The notes under the pieces: model-generated | The model's database searches: none | The model's input: only the letters and a program-made list of their open reading frames with translations | What the model was told of the DNA's origin: nothing | Part shown: one piece after another, positions 49,782 through 60,208 of the stretch | Numbering within the stretch: position 1 is the first letter of the stretch | How the letters are laid out: every line of letters starts with the position of its first letter | Program-made: the position numbers and the translations under genes | NCBI GenBank assembly: GCA_037625715.1 | Contig: JASJHQ010000035.1 | Coordinates: 64,497 to 128,496 of the forward strand | Reading direction: 5' to 3' | Length of the DNA stretch: 64,000 bases | DNA from: Flavobacteriales bacterium | GTDB lineage: Bacteria > Bacteroidota > Bacteroidia > Flavobacteriales > UBA7312

Positions 49782-50110
49782 CAGAGTTTAAAAAATCAAA
49801 AGCAAGTAACACTACCATCACTAGAGATGTTAAAAACCTAGCTAGCAAGACTGGTAATTTATACGAATCTGTTGCTATAATGTCTAAAAGAGCGGTTCAG
49901 ATTAATAAAGAAATTAAAGACGAATTGCTTTCTAAACTTGCCGAATTTGCTACTCACAGTGAGTCTATCGAAGAGATTTTTGAAAATAGCGAGCAAATCG
50001 AAGTTTCAAAATTCTACGAAAAACTACCTAAAGGAACTCTTATTTCAATTCAAGATTTCTTAGAAGAAAAAGTATACTTCAGAAATACTTTAGAAGATAA
50101 CGATAAATAA
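49778..50110 (+). CDS. rpoZ: DNA-directed RNA polymerase subunit omega
   Basis: 110 aa. NLYESVAIMSKRAVQIN resembles the conserved omega core. It has an ATGA junction with bamD. Confidence 0.7.
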   Translation: MTEFKKSKASNTTITRDVKNLASKTGNLYESVAIMSKRAVQINKEIKDELLSKLAEFATHSESIEEIFENSEQIEVSKFYEKLPKGTLISIQDFLEEKVYFRNTLEDNDK

Positions 50111-50119
50111 AATATTTTT

Positions 50120-51322
50120 ATGTCAGTTCTAAACGGACAAAATGTTCTATTAGGAATTTCTGCTAGCATTGCTGCTTATAAATCAGCTGAACTAGTTAGG
50201 TGTTTCGTTAAACTTGGAGCAAATGTTCGGGTGGTTCAGACACCATCTTCTAAAGAATTCGTTACCCCTTTAACTTTATCAACTCTATCTAAAAATCCTG
50301 TTCTTTCTACTTTAACAAAAGAAGAAGACAAGGATGTTTGGAACAATCATGTTGAAATAGGCCTTTGGGCTGATATTTTTGTTATTGCTCCAGCATCTTC
50401 TAATACATTGTCTAAGATGTCAAGTGGTGAGTGTGACAATTTATTGTTAACTACATATATGTCAGCTAAATGCCCAGTATTCTTTGCTCCTGCAATGGAT
50501 TTAGATATGTACAAACACCCATCTACTATAACCAACATAGAAAAACTAATTTCATATGGTAATTTTCTTATACCCCCTGGCGATGGAGAATTAGCTAGTG
50601 GTCTAGTTGGTAAAGGAAGAATGGCTGAGCCTCATGAGATAGTTTCGTTCATCATCGATCAATTGTATTCTAATCTTCCGTTATCAGGTAAAAAAGTTCT
50701 TCTTACAGCAGGGCCTACATACGAAGCAATCGATCCAGTGCGTTTTATTGGCAATCATTCTAGCGGAAAAATGGGTGTTGCTCTTGCAAATAAGCTAGCA
50801 GCAATGGGAGCAATGGTCGATTTGGTTATTGGCCCTAGCAATATGCAAACGGATCATCCTAACATTAATAGAGTAGATGTAGTAAGTTCAGTCCAAATGC
50901 TAGAAGCTTGTGATGCTGTTTACCAAAAAATGGACATTGCTATTTCATCCGCTGCTGTTGCTGATTATAAGCCCAAAAGTGTTGCAAGTTCCAAAATCAA
51001 GAAAAAAGATAATAATTTAAATATTGATTTAGAGCCAACTGTAGATATTCTCAAGCATTTGGGTGACAATAAAAAAAATCAAATCTTAATAGGGTTTGCT
51101 TTAGAAACTGATAACGAAGAAGAAAATGCAAAATCTAAAATTGCAAAGAAAAATTTAGATTTCATTGTTTTAAATTCTTTGAATGATAAGGGTGCTGGTT
51201 TTAAACATGACACCAATAAAATATCCATCATTGACAAGCATAATAAAATACAGCGTTTTGAGTTAAAGTCTAAAGATGAAGTTGCTAATGATATTGTAAC
51301 TCATTTAATTAAAATATTATGA
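50120..51322 (+). CDS. coaBC: bifunctional phosphopantothenoylcysteine decarboxylase / phosphopantothenate-cysteine ligase
   Basis: 400 aa with an N-terminal flavoprotein domain (GISASIAAYK) and a C-terminal CoaB domain (TAGPTYEAIDPVRFIGNHSSGKMG). Confidence 0.92.
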   Translation: MSVLNGQNVLLGISASIAAYKSAELVRCFVKLGANVRVVQTPSSKEFVTPLTLSTLSKNPVLSTLTKEEDKDVWNNHVEIGLWADIFVIAPASSNTLSKMSSGECDNLLLTTYMSAKCPVFFAPAMDLDMYKHPSTITNIEKLISYGNFLIPPGDGELASGLVGKGRMAEPHEIVSFIIDQLYSNLPLSGKKVLLTAGPTYEAIDPVRFIGNHSSGKMGVALANKLAAMGAMVDLVIGPSNMQTDHPNINRVDVVSSVQMLEACDAVYQKMDIAISSAAVADYKPKSVASSKIKKKDNNLNIDLEPTVDILKHLGDNKKNQILIGFALETDNEEENAKSKIAKKNLDFIVLNSLNDKGAGFKHDTNKISIIDKHNKIQRFELKSKDEVANDIVTHLIKIL

Positions 51323-52245
51323 TTAAAAGAGTCCTCATTTTTATTTTTATCATTCAATCGTCTCTTGGGTTTTCTCAAGAGTTAATCTGTAATGTGAATG
51401 TTACTTCAAACAAGATTCAGAGTTCTGATAAGCAAAAATTTAACACTCTCAAAGCATCTATTAGAGAATTCATGAACAATAGAAAATGGACTAGCGAAGT
51501 GTTTAAAGATGACGAAAGAATTGAATGCAATATATCCATCAATATCTTAGAAGAGCTTTCCACCGATCAGTATAAAGCATCCATTAATATTCAGTCTTCA
51601 AGGCCAATATTTAATAGCTCATATTACTCTCCTTTGTTAACCTATATTGATGAAGATTTTAATTTTAGGTATACCGAACATCAAACCCTAGAGTTTAACG
51701 AGAATTCTTACATTTCCAATTTAACCTCTGTTTTAGCGTATTACGCCTATATTATAATAGGTTTAGATTATTATACTTTTTCTAATGAAGGCGGTGTTAC
51801 TTATTTGCAAAAAGCAAAAGATATAGTTACTAATTCTCAAAACTCCGCTGAAAAAGGATGGAAAGCATTTGAGAGTAATAAAAACAGATATTGGTTAGCT
51901 GAAGAATTGCTTGATGCAAAATATTCTGATTTTAGATCATGTCTATATAATTACCATCGTTTTGGCTTAGATAAGATGTACGATGATTCGGAGAAGGGAA
52001 GGATAGCTGTTTCCGAAAGTTTAGAATATTTAAGAAAAGTTAAAAGACAAAATCCTACTGCTTTTATTTTAAGAATCTTTTTTGATGCAAAGTCATCAGA
52101 AATTGCTAACATTTATTCTGATGCGTTTCAAGATGAAAAGTCGAGAATTGTAAGTCTACTTACAGAGCTTGATCCCTCAAACATTAGCAAATACAATAAA
52201 ATTAAGGAATCCAAAAATTTAAACCAATCTGATTCAAAGTTCTAA
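51319..52245 (+). CDS. DUF4835 family protein (PorD-like T9SS-associated protein)
   Basis: 308 aa with a signal peptide. The conserved flavobacterial position between coaBC and recN is where the DUF4835 gene sits. The family call is from memory. Confidence 0.6.
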   Translation: MIKRVLIFIFIIQSSLGFSQELICNVNVTSNKIQSSDKQKFNTLKASIREFMNNRKWTSEVFKDDERIECNISINILEELSTDQYKASINIQSSRPIFNSSYYSPLLTYIDEDFNFRYTEHQTLEFNENSYISNLTSVLAYYAYIIIGLDYYTFSNEGGVTYLQKAKDIVTNSQNSAEKGWKAFESNKNRYWLAEELLDAKYSDFRSCLYNYHRFGLDKMYDDSEKGRIAVSESLEYLRKVKRQNPTAFILRIFFDAKSSEIANIYSDAFQDEKSRIVSLLTELDPSNISKYNKIKESKNLNQSDSKF

Positions 52246-53912
52246 TGATTAATAGTTTATATATAAAAAACTATGCCTTAATTAAGGAACTAAATATCAA
52301 TTTTAGTGATGGGTTTACTTCTATTACAGGAGAAACGGGTGCTGGAAAATCAATATTTGTTGGTGCTCTGTCATTAATTTTAGGAGAACGATCTGGTTCT
52401 TCTCTACATCTTGATTCTAACGAAAAATGTATCGTTGAAGGAGTATTCGATATTTCTAAGTATGATCTAGCTTCATTTTTTGATAAAAATGAATTAGACT
52501 TCAGTAATACAACTGTTTTAAGAAGAGAAATAAACTCAAGTGGCAGAAGTAGGTCGTTTATAAATGATACTCCTGTTAACTTAATGCAGATGAAAGAATT
52601 GGGTGTTCAACTGTTTGATATTCATTCTCAAAATCAGAGTCACCAGATAAATAAGAAATCGTATCAATTACAAATTTTAGACGCTTATTCTAAAAACATT
52701 AAATTAATAGAGGAGTATAAAGCCTCTTTTAAAGTTTTTGTTTTCAATAAAAAGAAGCTAGATGAATTACTGAACAAAGCCTTAAACTCTCAAACGGATT
52801 ATAATTACAAACAATTTTTATTTGAAGAATTAGAAACAGCTTCTTTAAATAGTGGGGACGAACTTAGCTTGATTGAACAAGAGCTAAAGGTTTTGTCTAA
52901 TAGTGAAGACATCTCAGCTAAAATATCTGAATCTATTAATCTAGCTGAAGATTCGGAAAATTCGATAACTGATCAGCTTCAAAAGCTCAATAACAATCTT
53001 CAATCAATATCACAGCATTCTGACAATATTGAATCTGTTTATAAGAGAATAAATAGTTCATTATTAGAGTTAAAAGATTCAGTGCTTGATTTACATTCTC
53101 TTTCCCAAAACATTGTTTTCGACCCTGAAAGATTAAGCGTTCTCAAAAATAGATATGATCTTTTAAGCAATCTGTTAAACAAGCATTCCTTTTTACATCT
53201 TAATGATCTAATTGAATTCAAAAACAATTTAGAATTAGATTTAAACAGTGTTGTAAACTTAAAAGATGAAATTGATCAAGCAAAAAACGACTTAGCTGTT
53301 AGCAATAAGGAAGTTGTTTTGTTAGCTGAAAAATTATCTCAAAAAAGAGTTGTATCTGTTTCTAAGGTCGAATCAATAGTTAAGGATTTGTTGTCTAAAC
53401 TAGGAATGGAAAATGCAATACTGAAAATAGAATTAAATAAATTAGATGCTCCAAACGAAAACGGATTGGATGATATTAAGCTCATGTTTTCAGCAAACAA
53501 AGGAATAGAATTAGCTGAGCTTACTAAAGTAGCATCAGGAGGAGAGATGTCTAGATTGATGTTCTCCATTAAGTCATGTATTGCTAACAACATGAGTCTA
53601 CCAACTATTTTGTTTGATGAAATTGATACAGGAGTCTCTGGAGAAATAGCCCACAAAATGGGTGAATTAATGCATCAGTTAGCTCAAAAGTATAATATGC
53701 AAGTAATTAGTATTACTCATTTGCCTCAAGTTGCTGCTAGAGGAAAAAATCAAATGTTTGTAGAGAAGAAAATAGTTGACAACACATCTTACACAAACAT
53801 CAGAACGCTAAATGGTAATGAAAGGGAAAGTGAAATAGCTAAAATGCTAAGTGGGAGCGAAGTAACAGATGTTTCCTTAAGTAATGCTAGAGAATTACTA
53901 TCGACTAAATAA
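52245..53912 (+). CDS. recN: DNA repair protein RecN
   Basis: 555 aa with Walker A GETGAGKS, a long coiled-coil middle, and a C-terminal signature (ASGGEMSRL) plus Walker B (ILFDEID). Confidence 0.93.
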   Translation: MINSLYIKNYALIKELNINFSDGFTSITGETGAGKSIFVGALSLILGERSGSSLHLDSNEKCIVEGVFDISKYDLASFFDKNELDFSNTTVLRREINSSGRSRSFINDTPVNLMQMKELGVQLFDIHSQNQSHQINKKSYQLQILDAYSKNIKLIEEYKASFKVFVFNKKKLDELLNKALNSQTDYNYKQFLFEELETASLNSGDELSLIEQELKVLSNSEDISAKISESINLAEDSENSITDQLQKLNNNLQSISQHSDNIESVYKRINSSLLELKDSVLDLHSLSQNIVFDPERLSVLKNRYDLLSNLLNKHSFLHLNDLIEFKNNLELDLNSVVNLKDEIDQAKNDLAVSNKEVVLLAEKLSQKRVVSVSKVESIVKDLLSKLGMENAILKIELNKLDAPNENGLDDIKLMFSANKGIELAELTKVASGGEMSRLMFSIKSCIANNMSLPTILFDEIDTGVSGEIAHKMGELMHQLAQKYNMQVISITHLPQVAARGKNQMFVEKKIVDNTSYTNIRTLNGNERESEIAKMLSGSEVTDVSLSNARELLSTK

Positions 53913-53917
53913 AAACT

Positions 53918-53925
53918 TATATTTG
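53918..53925 (+). promoter_or_regulatory. -7 box TATATTTG upstream of fabI
   Basis: Perfect TAnnTTTG just after the recN stop, 21 nt upstream of ATG 53947. Confidence 0.45.
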
Positions 53926-53946
53926 TCAAAATTAACTTATACAATT

Positions 53947-54762
53947 ATGTCTAATAATTTATTAAAAGGAAAAAAAGGAATCATTTTTGGTGCTTTAGAT
54001 GAAAAATCTATTGCTTGGAAGGTTGCTGAAAACTGTCATGAGCAAGGTGCTGAATTCGTTTTGAGTAATGCTCCCATTGCTTTAAGAATGGGAACTATTA
54101 ATCAACTATCAGAAAAGACAGGCGCAAAGGTTATACCTGCTGATGCTACTAATGTAGAAGATTTAGAAAATCTTTTTAAAGAAGCAATGAAAGAGCTTGG
54201 TGGTAAGATAGATTTCGTTCTTCATTCGATCGGAATGTCAGTAAACGTTAGGAAAGGCCGTCATTACACCGATCAAAATTATGATTTCACGATTAAAGGT
54301 CTTGATGTTTCATCTATTTCGTTTCATAAGGTAATGCAAGTAGCATGGAAACTAGAAGCTATTAATGATTACGGCTCTATTTTAGCTTTGTCTTATATAG
54401 CTGCTCAGAGAACATTTCCTGATTATAATGACATGGCTGATAACAAGTCTTTCTTAGAATCTATTGCAAGAAGTTTCGGATATCACTTTGGTGTAAGAAA
54501 TAAGGTTAGGGTAAACACTATATCGCAATCTCCAACAATGACTACAGCTGGTAGTGGAGTAAAGGGGTTTGATGGCTTTTACAAGTACGCAGATGATATC
54601 TCTCCATTGGGTAATGCTAGTGGTGATGACTGTGCAAAATATTGTGTTACATTATTTTCTGACTTGACTAAGTCAATTACCATGCAAAATTTATTTCACG
54701 ATGGTGGGTTTTCTAATACTGGAATAAGTGAAAAAGTAATGAAAAGCTATACGGACAAATAA
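53947..54762 (+). CDS. fabI: enoyl-[acyl-carrier-protein] reductase (NADH) FabI
   Basis: The ORF track starts at 53884, inside recN. A TATATTTG box at 53918-53925 and the canonical N-terminus MSNNLLKGKKGIIFGA support ATG 53947. The Y-x6-K catalytic region (SYIAAQRTFPDYNDMADNKS) is present. Confidence 0.88.
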   Translation: MSNNLLKGKKGIIFGALDEKSIAWKVAENCHEQGAEFVLSNAPIALRMGTINQLSEKTGAKVIPADATNVEDLENLFKEAMKELGGKIDFVLHSIGMSVNVRKGRHYTDQNYDFTIKGLDVSSISFHKVMQVAWKLEAINDYGSILALSYIAAQRTFPDYNDMADNKSFLESIARSFGYHFGVRNKVRVNTISQSPTMTTAGSGVKGFDGFYKYADDISPLGNASGDDCAKYCVTLFSDLTKSITMQNLFHDGGFSNTGISEKVMKSYTDK

Positions 54763-54785
54763 ATATAATTTTCAATTATAAGCAT

Positions 54786-54817
54786 AAAAAAAGGTCCGAA
54801 AATTTCGGACCTTTTTT
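54786..54817. terminator. bidirectional intrinsic terminator between fabI (+) and clpC (-)
   Basis: Stem ggtccgaa / ttcggacc (54793-54811) with a short loop, flanked by an A7 tract and a T6 tract. Confidence 0.88.
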
Positions 54818-54824
54818 AGTTTAA

Positions 54825-57365
54825 TTATTTAGATTTCTTGGGTTTCAGTATTTTAACATTTAGACTCATTGTTTTCTCGTCTAATGTTATTTTAACTGTG
54901 TCATCTTCTTGCAAATGAGAGTTTATAATCTCTTCTGCTATTAGATCTTCCAGATACTTTTGAATAGCTCTTTTGAGAGGTCTAGCTCCAAAATGGACAT
55001 CATAGCCTTTGTCAGCAATAAATGCTTTTGCTTTATCATCAATTTTCAAATGATATCCCATATTGTCGACTCTAGAATATAAAGCTTCTAGTTCAATGTC
55101 AATAATTTTATGAATATCTTCTTCTTTTAAACTGTTGAATAAAATTACATCATCAATTCTATTTAAAAACTCAGGAGCAAAGGCTTTTTTAAGAGCTTTT
55201 TCAATAACATTTTTACTGTCAGAATCAATAGAATCTTTCTTTGCTTTTGTAGTAAAACCAACACCTTGACCAAAGTCTTTCAACTGTCTTGAACCAATGT
55301 TAGATGTCATTATAATGATAGTATTTTTGAAACTAATTTTTCTTCCTAAACTATCAGTCATATGACCGTCATCTAATGCTTGTAGTAAAAGATTAAAAAC
55401 ATCAGGATGTGCTTTTTCAACTTCGTCAAACAAAATAATTGAATAAGGTTTTCTTCTTACTTTTTCGGTAAGTTGACCTCCTTCTTCATATCCAACATAG
55501 CCAGGAGGGGAGCCAATTAATCTAGTGATAGCAAACTTCTCCATATATTCACTCATGTCAATTCTAATTAAAGAATCTTTAGTATCAAACATTAGTTGAG
55601 CTAATTCTTTAGCTAATTGAGTTTTTCCAACACCAGTAGGTCCTAAAAAGATAAAGGAGCCAATTGGCTTATTAGGATCTTTTAATCCAACACGATTTCT
55701 TCTTATTGCTTTTACAATTTTAGTAACCGCTTCATCCTGACCAATTACTTTTGCTTGTAAATCAGCTTCCATCTGAACTAATTTCTTAGTTTCTTGTTCA
55801 GCAATACGTTGAACAGGAACGCCAGTCATCATAGAAACAACTTCGGCAACATTGTCTTCCGAAACAGTTTCTTTCTGATTTTTCAGTTCCTCTTCCCAAA
55901 TGTTTTTAGCTGCAGCAAGATCGTTCTCTATCTGACGTTCGTGATCTCTAAGTCTAGCAGCTTCTTCAAAACGTTGTTTTTTTACAACTTGGGTTTTTTC
56001 CTTTTTTATTTCTTCTAAATCATTTTCTAATTTTAGAATATTTTTAGGAACATTAATATTTTTAATATGAACTCTAGAACCAGCTTCATCTAAAGCGTCA
56101 ATAGCTTTATCCGGCAAGTGTCTATCACTCATATATCTATTTGTTAAAGAAACGCAAGCTTCAAGAGCTTCATCAGTATAAATTACATTATGATGGTCTT
56201 CGTACTTTTCTTTAATGTTATGTAGTATCTGAATTGTTTGATCTATGGTAGTAGGTTCAACAATTACTTTCTGAAACCTTCTTTCTAAAGCTCCGTCTTT
56301 TTCAATGTTCTGACGGTATTCATCAAGAGTAGTAGCTCCAATACATTGAAGCTCACCTCTTGCCAAAGCAGGTTTAAACATATTAGATGCATCTAAAGAA
56401 CCGGAAGCTCCACCAGCACCTACTATAGTATGTATTTCATCAATAAATAAAATGATGTCTAAGTTTGTTTCTAGCTCGTTTAATATAGCTTTCATTCTTT
56501 CTTCAAACTGACCTCTATATTTAGTTCCAGCAACCAAAGCAGCTAGGTCTAATGAGATAATACGTTTGTTGAAAAGAACACGAGATACTTTTCTTTGTAC
56601 AATTCTTAAAGCAAGTCCTTCTGCTATTGCAGATTTACCAACTCCTGGTTCTCCTATAAGAATAGGATTGTTTTTCTTTCTTCTACTTAGTATTTGTGAT
56701 ACCCTTTCTATTTCATCCTCTCTTCCAACAATAGGGTCAAGTTTATCTTCGCTAGCCATTTTGGTTAAATCTCTTCCAAAGTTGTCTAAAACAGGTGTTT
56801 TTGACTTATTTGACTTAGGCCTACTTTGTTTTTGCGAGAAAAACTCTTCTGATGAATCTGATTCCTCTTCACCAAACTTAGCTTCAGGACTTGAACTAAT
56901 ATCTTCATTATAGTCTGGTTCTATTTCTGGAAGCATTTGACTAAATTCTGTTTTAATTATTTCGTAGTCAACATCAAACTGTTGAAGAGATCTTGTAACA
57001 ACACTGTCTTCATCCTTAAGCATGGATAGTAATAAATGAGCAGTTCTGATTTCATTACTCTTGAAAATCATTAGCTCTAAATGAGTGAGTTTGATTGCTT
57101 TTGCAGCTTGTTTCTTAAGCTCAATATGGTCCGCACTAGAGTATTCGCTCTTTTCATTGTTAGAAACAGCGTTTTCAATAATTTTTCTTAATGCAAGTAA
57201 GTCAACATTTAGAGCTTTAAGAAGCATAACAGCACTTCCTTTGCCGTCTCTTAAAATACCTAATAGTAAGTGCTCTGGGCCAATAGCATTATGACCTAAT
57301 CGTAGAGCTTCTTCTCTGCTGTAACCTAGTACGTCGTTTAGTCTTGGTGAAAATTTAGCGTCCAT
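54825..57365 (-). CDS. clpC: ATP-dependent Clp protease ATP-binding subunit ClpC-type (Hsp100)
   Basis: 846 aa with a Clp_N repeat pair, two AAA+ modules (GEPGVGKS and GPTGVGKT) and a UVR-like segment (QRFEEAARLRDHERQ). Confidence 0.92.
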   Translation of the reverse strand: MDAKFSPRLNDVLGYSREEALRLGHNAIGPEHLLLGILRDGKGSAVMLLKALNVDLLALRKIIENAVSNNEKSEYSSADHIELKKQAAKAIKLTHLELMIFKSNEIRTAHLLLSMLKDEDSVVTRSLQQFDVDYEIIKTEFSQMLPEIEPDYNEDISSSPEAKFGEEESDSSEEFFSQKQSRPKSNKSKTPVLDNFGRDLTKMASEDKLDPIVGREDEIERVSQILSRRKKNNPILIGEPGVGKSAIAEGLALRIVQRKVSRVLFNKRIISLDLAALVAGTKYRGQFEERMKAILNELETNLDIILFIDEIHTIVGAGGASGSLDASNMFKPALARGELQCIGATTLDEYRQNIEKDGALERRFQKVIVEPTTIDQTIQILHNIKEKYEDHHNVIYTDEALEACVSLTNRYMSDRHLPDKAIDALDEAGSRVHIKNINVPKNILKLENDLEEIKKEKTQVVKKQRFEEAARLRDHERQIENDLAAAKNIWEEELKNQKETVSEDNVAEVVSMMTGVPVQRIAEQETKKLVQMEADLQAKVIGQDEAVTKIVKAIRRNRVGLKDPNKPIGSFIFLGPTGVGKTQLAKELAQLMFDTKDSLIRIDMSEYMEKFAITRLIGSPPGYVGYEEGGQLTEKVRRKPYSIILFDEVEKAHPDVFNLLLQALDDGHMTDSLGRKISFKNTIIIMTSNIGSRQLKDFGQGVGFTTKAKKDSIDSDSKNVIEKALKKAFAPEFLNRIDDVILFNSLKEEDIHKIIDIELEALYSRVDNMGYHLKIDDKAKAFIADKGYDVHFGARPLKRAIQKYLEDLIAEEIINSHLQEDDTVKITLDEKTMSLNVKILKPKKSK

Positions 57366-57561
57366 ATAGATAGTTTATTTAAGATTAAAACAATAGTTAA
57401 ATAGTTAAGTAAAATTAACAATTAGATAATACGATAAAGCATTTTGTTAGGTTTCATTTATCAACATTAATGATGTTAATAATTAATCTAAAAAATTAGG
57501 TTAGTTTTTTTTCATTTGGTTAAATTCGTTGAGTATTTAATAAAACATAATATAACTATAA

Positions 57562-60114
57562 ATGGCTGAAGGAGAAAAAATTATTGCTATAAATATTGAG
57601 GATGAAATGAAGTCAAAGTACATCGATTATTCGATGTCTGTTATTGTTTCTAGAGCTCTTCCTGATGTTAGAGATGGGTTAAAACCTGTTCACCGTAGAG
57701 TTTTGTTTGGAATGAACGAATTAGGTGTTGCATCAAACAAAGCTTACAAAAAGTCTGCCCGTATTGTTGGGGAGGTTTTAGGTAAGTTTCACCCACACGG
57801 TGACTCCTCTGTATACGATACTATGGTACGTATGGCCCAAGAATGGTCTTTGAGATATATGTTGGTAGATGGCCAAGGTAACTTTGGTTCTATTGATGGT
57901 GATAGTCCTGCCGCCATGCGTTATACTGAAGCGAGATTAAGAAAAACTGCTGAAGAATTACTTTCAGATATAGATAAAAATACGGTTGATTATCAATTAA
58001 ACTTTGATGATGCAATTAAAGAGCCTGTAGTATTGCCAGCTCGTATTCCTAACTTGTTGTGTAATGGAACGTCTGGTATTGCTGTTGGTATGGCTACAAA
58101 CATGCCTCCACACAACCTTACTGAGGTGGTAGATGCTACTATAGCATACATTAACAATAGAGATATTGACATTGCAGGTTTAATGCAGCATATAAAAGCT
58201 CCTGATTTTCCAACAGGTGGAATTATCTACGGATACGATGGTGTTAAGAGCGCATTCGAAACTGGTAGAGGAAGAGTTGTTATTAGAGCAAAAACTAGTT
58301 TTGAAGTAGTAGGAAATAGAGAGGCTATAGTTGTTTCAGAGATACCATACATGGTAAATAAAGCTGAAATGATTAAGAAAACTGCAGACTTAGTAAACTC
58401 TAAAAGACTAGAGGGTATTCATGATATTCGTGATGAGTCTGATAGAAATGGTATGAGAGTTGTTTATGAATTAAAAAGAGATGCAATTCCTAATATTGTT
58501 CTTAACAAGCTTTTTAAATATACTCAACTACAGTCCTCATTCAGTGTAAATAATATTGCACTTGTTAAAGGGCGTCCTGAGCAATTAAACGTAAAAGAAA
58601 TAATTGGTCATTACGTAGAACACAGACATGAAGTTGTTGTAAGAAGAACTCAGTTTGAATTAGATCAGGCGGAAAAAAGAGCTCACATATTAGAAGGATT
58701 ACTTATTGCTTTAGATAATCTTGATGCTGTTATCTCTTTAATTAGATCTTCTAAAACTCCTGAAGAAGCTAGAAATGGCTTGATAAAAACATTCTCATTA
58801 ACCGAAATTCAGGCTAGAGCAATTCTTGATTTAAGATTGCAAAAACTTACTGGTCTTGAAAGAGACAAGATCAAGGCAGAATTTGATGAACTAATGAAAA
58901 CAATCGCAGGCTTAAAAGAAATTTTAGGTGATGAAGGTATCAGAATGGACATTATTAAGTCTGAGCTAAACGAAGTAAAAGAAAAGTTTGGTGACGAAAG
59001 AAGATCCGTTATAGAATATGCTGGTGGTGACTTCCGAATTGAAGATATGATTCCTGATGAAGAGGTAGTTATTACAATATCTCATTTAGGTTACGTTAAA
59101 AGAACTAATCTTACCGAATACAAATCTCAAAATAGAGGAGGAGTAGGAGCAAGAGGGGTTACTACAAGAGATGCTGACTTCTTACAAGAAGTATTTGTTG
59201 CTAACAACCATGATTACATGCTATTCTTCACTGAAAAAGGTAAGTGTTTCTGGTTAAGAGTATTCGAAATTCCTGAAGGTGCTAAAACATCCAAAGGACG
59301 AGCTATTCAGAACATGATTAATATTCCTTCTGACGATAGAGTAATGGCATACATTAACACTAAAGATTTAAAAGATGAAGAATACATCTCAAATCATTAC
59401 GTAGTAATGTGTACTGTTAAAGGACAAATTAAGAAAACTCCTTTAGTTTCTTATTCTAAGCCAAGACAAAACGGAATTAACGCAATTACTATTAGAGAAG
59501 GCGATCAGTTGCTAGAAGCTAAATTAACTACTGGTAATTCTCAAATCATGATGGCTGTTAAATCTGGTAAAGCTATCCGATTTGAAGAAGAGAAAGTTAG
59601 ACCTATGGGTAGAACAGCTTCAGGTGTAAGAGGAGTAACCCTTGCAAACGATAAAGATGAAGTTGTTGGAATGATTTGTGTTGATGACTTTAACTCTGAT
59701 GTACTTGTTGTTTCAGAAAACGGATACGGAAAGCGTTCTAGCATTGAAGATTACAGAATTACTAATAGAGGAGGTAAGGGTGTTAAAACTATTAACGTTA
59801 CCGAAAAAACTGGTAATCTTATATCTCTTAAAAATGTTAATGATGAAAACGACTTAATGGTTGTTAATAAATCAGGTATAACCATTCGTATTTCTGTTGC
59901 TGACCTAAGACAAATGGGAAGAGCGACTCAAGGAGTTAGAATTATTAAACTTAGAGGAGAAGATTCGATTGCTGCAGTTGCAAAAGTTCCTGCTTCAACA
60001 GAAGAAGAGTCTACTGATGATATTGACACTACTATTGTTTCTGAAAACAATACTGATATTAGTGAAAATAAAACAGACGTTTCGGATGATAACACACCGG
60101 AAACTCAAGAGTAA
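57562..60114 (+). CDS. gyrA: DNA gyrase subunit A
   Basis: 850 aa with the active-site region [10 protein letters not shown], the QRDR-type segment [11 protein letters not shown] and a GyrA-box beta-pinwheel C-terminal domain. Confidence 0.97.
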   Translation: MAEGEKIIAINIEDEMKSKYIDYSMSVIVSRALPDVRDGLKPVHRRVLFGMNELGVASNKAYKKSARIVGEVLGKFHPHGDSSVYDTMVRMAQEWSLRYMLVDGQGNFGSIDGDSPAAMRYTEARLRKTAEELLSDIDKNTVDYQLNFDDAIKEPVVLPARIPNLLCNGTSGIAVGMATNMPPHNLTEVVDATIAYINNRDIDIAGLMQHIKAPDFPTGGIIYGYDGVKSAFETGRGRVVIRAKTSFEVVGNREAIVVSEIPYMVNKAEMIKKTADLVNSKRLEGIHDIRDESDRNGMRVVYELKRDAIPNIVLNKLFKYTQLQSSFSVNNIALVKGRPEQLNVKEIIGHYVEHRHEVVVRRTQFELDQAEKRAHILEGLLIALDNLDAVISLIRSSKTPEEARNGLIKTFSLTEIQARAILDLRLQKLTGLERDKIKAEFDELMKTIAGLKEILGDEGIRMDIIKSELNEVKEKFGDERRSVIEYAGGDFRIEDMIPDEEVVITISHLGYVKRTNLTEYKSQNRGGVGARGVTTRDADFLQEVFVANNHDYMLFFTEKGKCFWLRVFEIPEGAKTSKGRAIQNMINIPSDDRVMAYINTKDLKDEEYISNHYVVMCTVKGQIKKTPLVSYSKPRQNGINAITIREGDQLLEAKLTTGNSQIMMAVKSGKAIRFEEEKVRPMGRTASGVRGVTLANDKDEVVGMICVDDFNSDVLVVSENGYGKRSSIEDYRITNRGGKGVKTINVTEKTGNLISLKNVNDENDLMVVNKSGITIRISVADLRQMGRATQGVRIIKLRGEDSIAAVAKVPASTEEESTDDIDTTIVSENNTDISENKTDVSDDNTPETQE

Positions 60115-60142
60115 ATAACACTGCTTATTTATTTCATTTTTT

Positions 60143-60172
60143 AAAAAGCGACATAGCCTGTCGCTTTTTTTT
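60143..60172 (+). terminator. intrinsic terminator after gyrA
   Basis: Stem gcgaca 60148-60153 pairs with tgtcgc 60159-60164, with loop tagcc, followed by a T8 tract and preceded by an A5 tract. Confidence 0.85.
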
Positions 60173-60179
60173 ATATTTG
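60172..60179 (+). promoter_or_regulatory. -7 box TATATTTG upstream of the M16 peptidase gene
   Basis: Perfect TAnnTTTG immediately after the gyrA terminator T-tract, 29 nt upstream of ATG 60209. Confidence 0.45.
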
Positions 60180-60208
60180 CATTTTAAATTTCTAAATATT
60201 ATCATCTT

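Noticed and set aside
56566-56913. 115-aa plus-strand ORF inside clpC, plus similar 60-105-aa antisense ORFs elsewhere (for example 8008-8274, 9272-9487, 33888-34157, 53339-53656, 57085-57294, 59541-59744, 61906-62142)
   Set aside because: All are fully contained antisense within long ORFs carrying unambiguous family motifs. These are typical shadow frames, S/L/F/I-rich, with no independent start context.
57366-57561. Largest intergenic region (196 bp, clpC/gyrA divergent), examined as a possible ncRNA or oriC
   Set aside because: It is uniformly AT-rich, with no GC-supported stems that would suggest a structured RNA. It has only one 1-mismatch DnaA-box-like site (ttatcaaca, 57458-57466) and an 8-bp palindrome (cattaatg). 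Both are expected by chance at this base composition. It is most simply two divergent promoter regions.
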